DNA of 64,000 nt from the human T2T-CHM13v2.0 reference genome, Homo sapiens: the NCBI RefSeq assembly GCF_009914755.1, contig NC_060940.1; one strand, given 5' to 3'. Below are positions 28,938 through 43,500 of this stretch, piece after piece; position 1 is the stretch's first letter; each line of letters opens with the position of its first letter. Both the position numbers and the translations under genes were made by a program. The notes under the pieces are model-generated. The model had not been told where the DNA came from, did not search any database, and was given only the letters and a program-made list of their open reading frames with translations.

Positions 28938-31900
28938 CCCTTTGATGATCATTCCATTTGATTCAATTCGGTGATTTCATTTGATTCCATTCAGTGATGT
29001 TTCCATTCGACTCCATTCTATGATGATTCCATTCGACTCCATTCGATTATGATTTCATTCAATTCCATTCGATAATGATTCCCTTCGAGTCCATTCGATG
29101 ATTCCATTCGATTCCATTCAACGATGATTTGATTCGTGTCCATTCGATGATTCCATTTGATTCCACTTGTTGATGATTCCATTCGAGTCCATTTGATGAT
29201 TCCATTCAATTCCATTCTCCGATGATTTCTTTTGAGACCATTGAATGCTTCCACTCGATTCCATATGATGATGACTCCATTCGATGAAATTCGATGATGA
29301 TTCCCTTTGATTCCATTCCAAGATGATTCCATTCTAGCCCATTCAATCATTCCATTCGATTCTATTCAATGATGATTCCATTCATGTCGATTTTGTGATT
29401 CCATTTGACTTCATTTGATGATGATTCCTTTCAAGTTCATTAGATGTTTCCATTCGATTCCGTTTGATGATGATCCCATTCGAGTCCATTCAGTGATTCC
29501 ACTCGTTTCCATTCCATGATGATTCCATTCCATTCCATTCAATGATTCCATTCGATTCCGTTTGATGATGATTTCATTCGAGTCCATTTGATGATTCCAT
29601 TTGATTCCATTCGATGATGATTCCATTCGAGTCCATTCGATGATTCTATTCGAATCCATTTGATGATTTCTTTTGATTATAGTTGGTGATGATTCCATTG
29701 GAGTCCATTCAATGATTCCATTCGATTCCAATCGATGGTGATTCCATTAGAGTCCATTTAATGATTCCATTTGATTCCAGTCTCTGATGATTACATTCGA
29801 GTCCATACGATGATTCCACTCAATTCCATATGATGATGATTCCATTCGATTCCATTCGATGATTCCATTCTATTCTATTCAATGGTGATTCCATTCGAGT
29901 ACATTAGATGATTACATTCGATTCCATTCAATGATGATTCTATTTGTGTCCCTTAGATGATTCCACATGATTCCATTAGATGATGATACTATTTGAGCCC
30001 ATCCAATGATTCCCTTCGATTCCATTCGATGAGGATTCCATTCGATTCAATTCATTGGTGATTCTATTCAATTCAATTCTTTGATTCCATTCCATTCCAT
30101 TCGACAATGATTCCATTCGATTTCTTTCGATGATTCCACTCGATTCCACTTGACATTGATTCCCTTCGATTCCATTCAATGATTCCATTTGATTCCAGTG
30201 GATGATGATTGCCATCGATTCCATTCGATCACTCCATTCTATTCCATTTGATGATGATTACATTCGATTCCATTTGACGATTCCATCTGATTCTATTCGA
30301 GGATTCCATTTGATTCCATTCGATGATGATTCCATTCGAGTCCATTCGATGATTTCATTCGAGTACATCCAATGATTCCATTCGAGTCCATTTGATGATT
30401 CCATTTGATTCCATTTGATAATGATTCTACTAGAGTCCATTCAATGACTCCATTCGAGTCCATTCAACAATTCCATTCGACTCCATTCGATGATTCCATT
30501 CGATTCCATTTGATGATTCCATTCGAGTCCATTTAATCATTACAGTCGAGTCCATTTGGTGATTCCGCTGGATTTCCTTTGATAATGATATCATTCAATT
30601 ACATTTGATGATGATCCCATTCAATTTCATTTGATGATGATTCCATTAGAGTCCATTCGATGATTTTATTCGAGTCCCTTCATTGATTCCATCCGATTTC
30701 ATTGGATGATGACTCCATTCGAGTCCATTCGATGATTCCACTTGATTCCATTAGATGATTCCATTGGAGTCCATTTGATTGTTCCATTCGATTCCATTCG
30801 ATTCCTTTCGAAGATTATTCCATTTGAGTGCATTCGATGATGATTCCATTCCATTCCATTCGATGATTCCGTTTGATTCCATTCGATGATTCCCTTCGAT
30901 TCCTTTCTTTGATGATTCCATTCCATTCCATTCAATGATTCCATTCGAATCTATTCCATGATGATTCCTTTCGATTCCATTCGCTGATGTTTCCGTTCAA
31001 TTCCATTCGATGATGATTCCATTCGATTCCATTCATTGAGGATTCCATTTGATTCCATTCAATGATGATTCCATTCTATTCCATTCAATGATTGCATTCA
31101 ATTCCATTCAATGATTATCCCATTAGAGTAAACTCAACGATTCCATTCAATACCATTCGATGATGATTCCTTTTGAGTCCATTCAATGATTTCATTCAAG
31201 TCCATTTGATGATTCCTTTCAATTCCATTCTATGATGATTCCATTCGAGTCCATTCGATGATTCCATTCGATTGCATTCGATGATTCCATTATATTCCAT
31301 TCAACGAAGATTCCATTCGAGTCCATTCGATGATTCCATTAGAGTACATTTAATGATTGCTTTGTTTTCAATTCGAAGGTGATTACATTCGATTCCATTC
31401 TATGATACCATTCGATTCCATTCAATGATGACTCCACTCAAATCCATTGGATGATTCCATTCGTGTCCATTCGGTGATTTCATTAGATTCCATTCGAGGA
31501 TGATTCCATTCGATTCCATTCGATGATTCCATTCAATTCCATTCGATGATGATTCCATTCGAGTCCATATGATCATTCCATTTGATTTCATTCGATGATG
31601 ATTCTATTCGATTCCATTCGACGATTCCATTCTATTCCATTCGATGATGATTCCATTCGAGTCCATTCGATGATTCCATTCGAGTCCATTTAATGATTCC
31701 ATTGGGTTCAATTCAATGATGATTACATTGGATTCCGTTCTATGATTCCATTCAATTCCGTTCATTGACAATTTGATTCCATTCGATGATGATTCCATTT
31801 GAGTTCATTCGATGATTCTATTCGATTCTCTTCGATGGTGATTCAATTCTATTATATTGGATGATTCCATTCGATTCCATTTGATGTTGATTCAATTCGA

Positions 31901-34430
31901 TTCTATTCGATGATGATTCCATTGGATTTCACTTGATGATTCTATTCGATTCCATTCAATGATGATTCACTTCTCGTCCATTGGATGATTCCATTTCATT
32001 CCATTCGATGATGATTCCATTCGATTCCATTCGATGATTCCATTTGATTCCATGCGACGGTGAGCAATTCGATTCAATTCCATGATGATTCTATTTGATT
32101 CAATTAGATGATGTTTCCATTCGAATCCATTCCATGATTATTCCATTGGAATCCATTCGGCGATGATTCCATATGAGTCAATTCAATGATGATTCCATAT
32201 GGGTCCGTTCGATGATAATTCCATTTGATTTCATTCGATGCTTCTATTCAATTCCAGTCGATGATGATTCCGTTGGAGTCCATACGATGATTCCATTTGA
32301 TTTCATTTGATGACGATTCCATTCGATGACGATTACATTGGATTCCATTCTATGATTCCATTCAATTCCATTCGTTGATGATTCGATTCCATTCAATGAT
32401 GATTCCATTTGAGTTCATTCGGTGATTCTATTCGATTCCATTCTATGGTGATTCAATTCTCTTATATTGGATGATTCGACTCGATTCCATTTGATGATTA
32501 TTCCATTGGAGTCCACTTAGTGAATCCTTTAGATTCTACTCGACGATGATTCCATTCGAGTCCATTCGATGATACCATTCAATTCCATTCGTTGATGCTT
32601 CCATTCAAGTGCATTCGATGATATCATTCGATTCCATTTGAGGATAATTCCATTTGATTCCATGCGATGATTCTATTCGATTCCATTCAATGATAATTCC
32701 ATTCAATTCAGTGATTCCTCTGGACTCCATTTGATGATGATTCCATTCAATGATTCCACTCGATTCTATTCGAAAATGATTACATTTGAATCCATTTGAT
32801 GACGATTCCATTCCATTCCATTTGATGATTCCATACTATTCTATTCGATGATGATTCCATTCGATTCCATTCGATGATGATTGGATTCTATTCCATTTGA
32901 TGATTTCATTTGATTCCATTCGTTAATGATTTCGATCAATTCCATTCGATGATTCCATTCGATTCCATTCGATAATGATTACATCCGAGTCCATTCGATG
33001 ATTCCATTTGAGCCTGTTCGATAATTCCATTTGAGTCCAACCAATGATTCCATTCATTTCCATTCAATGATTCCATTCGAGTCCATTTGATCATTCCGGT
33101 AGGGTCCATTCGATGTTGATTCCATTGGAGTGCATTCGATGATTCCATTCGAGTCCATTTTAGGATTTGATTCGAGTCCTTTCGATGATTCCATTCGATT
33201 CCACTCGATGATGATTTCATTCGAGTCCATTCGACACTTCCAATCGATTCCATTTGATGATTCCATTCGAGTCCAATTGATGATTCCATTCAATTCCATT
33301 CGATGATGATTCCGTACGATTCCATTCTGTGATGATTCCATGTGATTGCATTCAATGATGATTCCTTTCGATTGCATTCGATTATGATTCATTTCGTGTT
33401 CATTCTATGGTTCCACAGGTTTCCATTCGTGTCCATTCCATTATTCCATTCTATTCCATTTGATGATGATTCCATTCGATTCCATTCATTGGTGATTCCA
33501 CTCAATTCCATTCAATGATTCCATTCCATTTCTTTCAACAATGATTCCATTAGTTTCTAATCGATGATCCACTTGATTCCATTTGACGACGATTCCATTC
33601 TTGTCCATTCGATGATTCCATTTGATTCCATATGATGATGATTCCATTCGATTCCATACCATGATGATTCCATTCGAGTCCATTCAATGGTGATTCCATT
33701 CAATTCCATTCGATGATTCCTTTCGATTCCATTCGATGATGATGGCATTCGATTCCTTTCAATCATTCCCTTTGATTCCATTCAAAGGTGATTTCATTCA
33801 AGTCCATTCGATAATTGCATTCGATTCCATTCTATGATGATTCCATTCGAGTCCATTTGATGATTCCATTCAATTCAAGTCAATGATGATTCCATTCGAT
33901 TCCATTCGATGATTCCATTGGATTCCATTCGATGATGATTCCATTCAAATCCATTCGATAATTCAATTCAAGTCCATTCGATGATGATTCCAATCGAATC
34001 CATTCAAAGATTCCATTCAGTTCCATTCGATGATTCCCTTGGATTCCATTCGATGATTCCACTTGATTGCATTTACGATGATTCCATTCGATTCCATGTG
34101 ATGATTCCATTCAATTCTATTCAATGATGTCTCCATTTGATTCCATTCGACCATGATTGCCTTTGATTCCATTCAATGATTCCATTCGGTTCCGTTTGAT
34201 GATGATTCCGTTCGATTCCATTTGATGATTCCATTTGATTCCATTGGATGAGTCCATTCGATTACATTCGATGATTATTCCATTCGAGTGCATTAGATGA
34301 TTCCATTCGAGTCCATTCGATGATTCCATTCGATTCCATTCGATGTTGATTCTGTTCAAATCCATTCGATGATTCCACTCGATTCCATTCGTTGACTCCA
34401 TTTGATCCCATTCGATGATTTCCTTTGATT
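28938..34430 (+). repeat. HOR unit 7 (5,493 bp; 570-bp and 49-bp deletions; class B->A chimera)
   Basis: Offsets go 28937->28367 (junction ~29290-29304) and then ->28318 (~32810). Confidence 0.9.
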
Positions 34431-37400
34431 CCCTTTGATGATCATTCCATTTGATTCAATTCGGTGATTTCATTTGATTCCATTCAGTGATGTTTCCATT
34501 CGACTCCATTCGATGATGATTCCATTCGACTCCATTCGATTATGATTTCATTCAATTCCATTCGATAATGATTCCCTTCGAGTCCATTCGATGATTCCAT
34601 TCGATTCCATTCAACGATGATTTGATTCGTGTCCATTCGATGATTCCATTTGATTCCACTTGATGATGATTCCATTCGAGTCCATTTGATGATTCCATTC
34701 AATTCCATACTCCGATGATTTCTTTTGAGCCCACTCAATGCTTCCACTCGATTCCATATGATGATGACTCCATTCGATGAAATTCGATGATGATTCCATT
34801 CGCTTGCTTTCGATGATGATTCCACTTGAGTCCGTTAGAAGATTCTATTCAATTACATTCCAGGACGATTCCGTTCGAGTCCATTTGATGATTCCATTAG
34901 ACTCCATTCGACGATGATTCCATTCGATGTTATTCGATGATTCCATTCGATCTCATTCGATGATGATTCCATTCAACTCCATTCGATGTTTCCATTCGAG
35001 TTCATTCTATTATTCCATTAGATTCCATTCGATGATGATTCCATTCGATTCCATTTGATGATTGCATTCTATTTCATTTGATGATGATTCCATTCGAGTC
35101 CACTCGATGATTCCATTCGAGTCCATTTAATGAATCCATTGGTTTCAATTCTATGATGATTACATTGGATTCCATTCGTTGATGATTTCATTCAGTTCCA
35201 TTCAATGATGATTCCATTCAATTCCTTTCAATGTTTCCATTCAATTCCATAGGATGATGATTCCATTTGATTTGATTCGACAGTGAGCCATTCGATTCAA
35301 TTTCATGATGATTCTATTTATTCAATTGGTTGACATTTCCATTCGATTCCATTCGATGATGATTCCCTTTGATTCCATTCAAAGATGATTCCATTCTAGC
35401 CCATTCAATCATTCCATTCGATTCTATTCAATGATGATTCCATTCATGTCGATTTGGTGATTCCATTTGACTTCATTTGATGATGATTCCTTTCAAGTTC
35501 ATTAGATGATTCCATTCGATTCCATTTGATGATGATCCCATTCGAGTCCATTCAGTGATTCCATTCGTTTCCATTCCATGATGATTCCATTCCTTTCCAT
35601 TCAATGATTCCATTCGATTCCGTTTGATGATGATTTCATTCGAGTCCATTTGATGATTCCATTTGATTCCATTCGATGGTGATTCCATTCGAGTCCATTC
35701 GATGATTCTATTCGAATCCATTTGATGATTTCTTTTGATTATATTTGGTGATGATTCCATTGGAGTCCATTCAATGATTCCATTCTATTCCAATCGATGA
35801 TGATTCCATTAGAGTCCATTTAATGATTCCATTTGATTCCAGTCTCTGATGATTACATTCGAGTCCATACGATGATTCCACTCAATTCCATATGATGATG
35901 ATTCCATTTGATTCCATTCGGTGATTCCATTCTATTCTATTCAATGGTGATTCCATTCGAGTACATTAGATGATTCCATTCGATTCCATTCAATGATGAT
36001 TCTATTTGTGTCCCTTAGATGATTCCACATGATTCCATTACATGATGATACTATTTGAGCCCATCCAATGATTCCCTTCGATTCCATTCGATGAGGATTC
36101 CATTCGATTCAATTCATTGGTGATTCTATTCAATTCAATTCTTTGATTCCATTCCATTCCATTCGACAATGATTCCATTCGATTTCTTTCGATGATTCCA
36201 CTCGATTCCACTTGACATTGATTCCATTCGATTCCATTCAATGATTCCATTTGATTCCAGTGGATGATGATTGCCATCGATTCCATTCGATCACTCCATT
36301 CTATTCCATTTGATGATGATTACATTCGATTCCATTCGATGATTCCATCTGATTCTATTCGAGGATTCCATTTGATTCCATTCGATGATGATTCCATTCG
36401 AGTCCATTCGATGATTTCATTCGAGTACATCCAATGATTCCATTCGAGTCCATTTGATGATTCCATTTGATTCCATTTGATAATGATTCTACTAGAGTCC
36501 ATTCAATGACTCCATTCGAGTCCATTCAACAATTCCATTCGACTCCATTCGATGATTCCATTCGATTCCATTTGATGATTCCATTCGAGTCCATTTAATC
36601 ATTACAGTCGAGTCCATTTGGTGATTCCGCTGGATTTCCTTTGATAATGATATCATTCAATTACATTTGATGATGATCCCATTCAATTTCATTTGATGAT
36701 GATTCCATTAGAGTCCATTCGATGATTTTATTCGAGTCCCTTCATTGATTCCATCCGATTTCATTGGATGATGACTCCATTCGAGTCCATTCGATGATTC
36801 CACTTGATTCCATTAGATGATTCCATTGGAGTCCATTTGATTGTTCCATTCGATTCCATTCGATTCCTTTCGAAGATTATTCCATTTGAGTCCATTCGAT
36901 GATGATTCCATTCCATTCCATTCGATGATTCCGTTTGATTCCATTCGATGATTCCCTTCGATTCCTTTCTTTGATGATTCCATTGCATTCCATTCAATGA
37001 TTCCATTCGAATCTATTCCATGATGATTCCTTTCGATTCCATTCGCTGATGTTTCCGTTCAATTCCATTCGATGATGATTCCATTCGATTCCATTCATTG
37101 AGGATTCCATTTGATTCCATTCAATGATGATTCCATTCTATTCCATTCAATGATTGCATTCAATTCCATTCAATGATTATCCCCTTAGAGTAAACTCAAC
37201 GATTCCATTCAATACCATTCGATGATGATTCCTTTTGAGTCCATTCAATGATTTCATTCAAGTCCATTTGATGATTCCTTTCAATTCCATTCTATGATGA
37301 TTCCATTCGAGTCCATTCGATGATTCCATTCGATTGCATTCGATGATTCCATTATATTCCATTCAACGGTGATTCCATTCGAGTCCATTCCATGATTCCA

Positions 37401-40400
37401 TTAGAGTACATTTAATGATTGCTTTGTTTTCAATTCGAAGATGATTACATTGGATTCCATTCTATGATACCATTCGATTCCATTCAATGATGATTCCACT
37501 CAAATCCATTGGATGATTCCATTCGTGTCCATTCGGTGATTTCATTAGATTCCATTCGAGGATGATTCCATTCGATTCCATTCGATGATTCCATTCAATT
37601 CCATTCGATGATGATTCCATTCCAGTCCATATGATCATTCCATTTGATTTCATTCGATGATGATTCCATTCGATTCCTTTCGACGATTCCATTCTATTCC
37701 ATTCGATGATGATTCCATTCGAGTCCATTCGATGATTCCATTCGAGTCCATTTAATGATTCCATTGGGTTCAATTCAATGATGATTACATTGGATTCCGT
37801 TCTATGATTCCATTCAATTCCGTTCATTGACAATTTGATTCCATTCGATGATGATTCCATTTGAGTTCATTCGATGATTCTATTCGATTCTCTTCGATGG
37901 TGATTCAATTCTATTATATTGGATGATTCCATTCGATTCCATTTGATGTTGATTCAATTCGATTCTATTCGATGATGATTCCATTGGATTTCACTTGATG
38001 ATTCTATTCGATTCCATTCAATGATGATTCACTTCTCGTCCATTGGATGATTCCATTTCATTCCATTCGATGATGATTCCATTCGATTCCATTCGATGAT
38101 TCCATTTGATTCCATGCGACGGTGAGCAATTCGATTCAATTCCATGATGATTCTATTTGATTCAATTAGATGATGTTTCCATTCGAATCCATTCCATGAT
38201 TATTCCATTGGAATCCATTCGGCGATGATTCCATATGAGTCAATTCAATGATGATTCCATATGGGTCCGTTCGATGATAATTCCATTTGATTTCATTCGA
38301 TGCTTCTATTCTATTCCAGTCGATGATGATTCCGTTGGAGTCCATACGATGATTCCATTTGATTTCATTTGATGATGATTCCATTCGATGACGATTACAT
38401 TGGATTCCATTCTATGATTCCATTCAATTCCATTCGTTGATGATTCGATTCCATTCAATGATGATTCCATTTGAGTTCATTCGATGATTCTATTCGATTC
38501 CGTTCGATGGTGATTCAATTCTATTATATTGGATGATTCCACTCGATTCCATTTGATGATTATTCCATTGGAGTCCACTTAGTGAATCCTTTAGATTCTA
38601 CTCGACGATGATTCCATTCGAGTCCATTCGATGATACCATTCAATTCCATTCGTTGATGCTTCCATTCAAGTGCATTCGATGATATCATTCGATTCCATT
38701 TGATGATAATTCCATTTGATTCCATGCGATGATTCTATTCGATTCCATTCAATGATAATTCCATTCAATTCAGTGATTCCTCTGGACTCCATTTGATGAT
38801 GATTCCATTCAATGATTCCATTCGATTCTATTCGAAAATGATTCCATTTGAATCCATTTGATGATGATTCCATTAGATTCCATTTGATGATTCCATTCGA
38901 TTCCATTCGACGATGATTCCATTCGATTCCGTTTGATGATTCCATTCTATTCTATTCGATGATGATTCCATTCGATTCCATTCGATGATGATTGGATTCG
39001 ATTCCATTTGATGATTTCATTTGATTCCATTCGTTAATGATTTCGATCAATTCCATTCGATGATTCCATTCGATTCCATTCGATAATGATTACATCCGAG
39101 TCCATTCGATGATTCCCTTTGAGCCTGTTCGATAATTCCATTTGAGTCCAACCAATGATTCCATTCATTTCCATTCAATGATTCCATTCGAGTCCATTTG
39201 ATCATTCCGGTAGGGTCCATTCGATGTTGATTCCATTGGAGTGCATTCGATGATTCCATTCGAGTCCATTTTAGGATTTGATTCGAGTCCTTTCGATGAT
39301 TCCATTCGATTCCACTCGATGATGATTTCATTCGAGTCCATTCGACACTTCCAATCGATTCCATTTGATGATTCCATTCGAGTCCAATTGATGATTCCAT
39401 TCAATTCCATTCGATGATGATTCCGTACGATTCCATTCTGTGATGATTCCATGTGATTGCATTCAATGATGATTCCTTTCGATTGCATTCGATTATGATT
39501 CATTTCGTGTTCATTCTATGGTTCCACAGGTTTCCATTCGTGTCCATTCCATTATTCCATTCTATTCCATTTGATGATGATTCCATTCGATTCCATTCAT
39601 TGGTGATTCCACTCAATTCCATTCAATGATTCCATTCCATTTCTTTCAACAATGATTCCATTAGTTTCTAATCGATGATCCACTTGATTCCATTTGACGA
39701 CGATTCCATTCTTGTCCATTCGATGATTCCATTTGATTCCATATGATGATGATTCCATTCGATTCCATACCATGATGATTCCATTCGAGTCCATTCAATG
39801 GTGATTCCATTCAATTCCATTCGATGATTCCTTTCGATTCCATTCGATGATGATGGCATTCGATTCCTTTCAATCATTCCCTTTGATTCCATTCCGAGGT
39901 GATTTCATTCAAGTCCATTCGATAATTGCATTCGATTCCATTCTATGATGATTCCATTCGAGTCCATTTGATGATTCCATTCAATTCAAGTCAATGATGA
40001 TTCCATTCGATTCCATTCGATGATTCCATTGGATTCCATTCGATGATGATTCCATTCAAATCCATTCGATAATTCAATTCAAGTCCATTCGATGATGATT
40101 CCAATCGAATCCATTCAAAGATTCCATTCAGTTCCATTCGATGATTCCCTTAGATTCCATTCGATGATTCCACTTGATTGCATTTACGATGATTCCATTC
40201 GATTCCATGTGTTGATTCCATTCAATTCTATTCAATGATGTCTCCATTTGATTCCATTCGACCATGATTGCCTTTGATTCCATTCAATGATTCCATTCGG
40301 TTCCGTTTGATGATGATTCCGTTCGATTCCATTTGATGATTCCATTTGATTCCATTGGATGAGTCCATTCGATTACATTCGATGATTATTCCATTCGAGT

Positions 40401-40541
40401 GCATTAGATGATTCCATTCGAGTCCATTCGATGATTCCATTCGATTCCATTCGATGTTGATTCTGTTCAAATCCATTCGATGATTCCACTCGATTCCATT
40501 CGTTGACTCCATTTGATCCCATTCGATGATTTCCTTTGATT
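34431..40541 (+). repeat. HOR unit 8 (6,111 bp; 1-bp deletion at ~35319)
   Basis: Offset changes 34430->34429; CTATTTATTCAATTGG here versus CTATTTGATTCAATTGG in other units. Confidence 0.92.
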
Positions 40542-43500
40542 CCCTTTGATGATCATTCCATTTGATTCAATTCGGTGATTTCATTTGATTCCATTCAGTG
40601 ATGTTTCCATTCGACTCCATTCGATGATGATTCCATTCGACTCCATTCGATTATGATTTCATTCAATTCCATTCGATAATGATTCCCTTCGAGTCCATTC
40701 GATGATTCCATTCGATTCCATTCAACGATGATTTGATTCGTGTCCATTCGATGATTCCATTTGATTCCACTTGATGATGATTCCATTCGAGTCCATTTGA
40801 TGATTCCATTCAATTCCATACTCCGATGATTTCTTTTGAGCCCACTCAATGCTTCCACTCGATTCCATATGATGATGACTCCATTCGATGAAATTCGATG
40901 ATGATTCCATTCGCTTGCTTTCGATGATGATTCCACTTGAGTCCGTTAGAAGATTCTATTCAATTACATTCCATGACGATTCCGTTCGAGTCCATTTGAT
41001 GATTCCATTAGACTCCATTCGACGATGATTCCATTCGATGTTATTCGATGATTCCATTCGATCTCATTCGATGATGATTCCATTCAACTCCATTCGATGT
41101 TTCCATTCGAGTTCATTCTATTATTCCATTAGATTCCATTCGATGATGATTCCATTCGATTCCATTTGATGATTGCATTCTATTTCATTTGATGATGATT
41201 CCATTCGAGTCCACTTGATGATTCCATTCGAGTCCATTTAATGAATCCATTGGTTTCAATTCTATGATGATTACATTGGATTCCATTCGTTGATGATTTC
41301 ATTCGGTTCCATTCAATGATGATTCCATTCAATTCCTTTCAATGTTTCCATTCAATTCCATACGATGATGATTCCATTTGATTTGATTCGACAGTGAGCC
41401 ATTCGATTCAATTCCATGATGATTCTATTTGATTCAATTGGTTGACATTTCCATTCGATTCCATTCGATGATGATTCCCTTTGATTCCGTTCAAAGATGA
41501 TTCCATTCTAGCCCATTCAATCATTCCATTCGATTCTATTCAATGATGATTCCATTCATGTCGATTTGGTGATTCCATTTGACTTCATTTGATGATGATT
41601 CCTTTCAAGTTCATTAGATGATTCCATTCGATTCCATTTGATGATGATCCCATTCGAGTCCATTCAGTGATTACATTCGTTTCCATTCCATGATGATTCC
41701 ATTCCTTTCCATTCAATGATTCCATTCGATTCCGTTTGATGATGATTTCATTCGAGTCCATTTGATGATTCCATTTGATTCCATTCGATGATGATTCCAT
41801 TCGAGTCCATTCGATGATTCTATTCGAATCCATTTGATGATTTCTTTTGATTATATTTGGTGATGATTCCATTGGAGTCCATTCAATGATTCCATTCTAT
41901 TCCAATCGATGATGATTCCATTAGAGTCCATTTAATGATTCCATTTGATTCCAGTCTCTGATGATTACATTCGAGTCCATACGATGATTCCACTCAATTC
42001 CATATGATGATGATTCCATTTGATTCCATTCGGTGATTCCATTCTATTCTAATCAATGGTGATTCCATTCTATTCTATTCAATGGTGATTCCATTGGAGT
42101 ACATTAGATGATTCCATTCGATTCCATTCAATGATGATTCTATTTGTGTCCCTTAGATGATTCCACATGATTCCATTAGATGATGATACTATTTGAGCCC
42201 ATCCAATGATTCCCTTCGATTCCATTCGATGAGGATTCCATTCGATTCAATTCATTGGTGATTCTATTCAATTCAATTCTTTGATTCCATTCCATTCCAT
42301 TCGACAATGATTCCATTCGATTTCTTTCGATGATTCCACTCGATTCCACTTGACATTGATTCCATTCGATTCCATTCAATGATTCCATTTGATTCCAGTG
42401 GATGATGATTGCCATCGATTCCATTCGATCACTCCATTCTATTCCATTTGATGATGATTACATTCGATTCCATTTGATGATTCCATCTGATTCTATTCGA
42501 GGATTCCATTTGATTCCATTCGATGATGATTCCATTCGAGTCCATTCGATGATTTCATTCGAGTACATCCAATGATTCCATTCGAGTCCATTAGATGATT
42601 CCATTTGATTCCATTTGAAAATGATTCTACTAGAGTCCATTCAATGACTCCATTCGAGTCCATTCAACAATTCCATTCGACTCCATTCGATGATTCCATT
42701 CGATTCCATTTGCTGGTTCCATTCGCGTCCATTTAATCATTACAGTCGAGTCCGTTTGGTGATTCCACTGGATTTCTTTTGATAATGATACCATTCAATT
42801 ACATTTGATGATGATCCCATTCAATTTCATTTGATGATGATTCCATTAGAGTCCATTCGATGATTTCATTCGAGTCCCTTCATTGATTCCATCCGATTTC
42901 ATTGGATGATGACTCCATTCGAGTCCATTCGATGATTCCACTCGATTCCATTAGATGACTCCATTGGAGTCCATTTGATTGTTCCATTCGATTCCATTCG
43001 ATTCCTTTCGAAGATTATTCCATTTGAGTCCATTCGATGATGATTCCATTCTATTCCATTCGATGATTCCGTTTGATTCCATTCGATGATTCCCTTCGAT
43101 TCCTTTCTTTGATGATTCCATTCCATTCCATTCAATGATTCCATTCGAATCTATTCCATGATGATTCCTTTCGATTCCATTCGCTGATGTTTCCGTTCAA
43201 TTCCATTCGATGATGATTCCATTCGATTCCATTCATTGAGGATTCCATTTGATTCCATTCAATGATGATTCCATTGTATTCCATTCAATGATTGCATTCA
43301 ATTCCATTCAATGATTATCCCATTAGGGTAAACTCAACGATTCCATTCAATACCATTCGATGATGATTCCTTTTGAGTCCATTCAATGATTTCATTCAAG
43401 TCCATTTGATGATTCCTTTCAATTCCATTCAATGATGATTCCATTCTATTCCATTCAATGATTGCATTCAATTCCATTCAATGATTATCCCATTAGAGTA

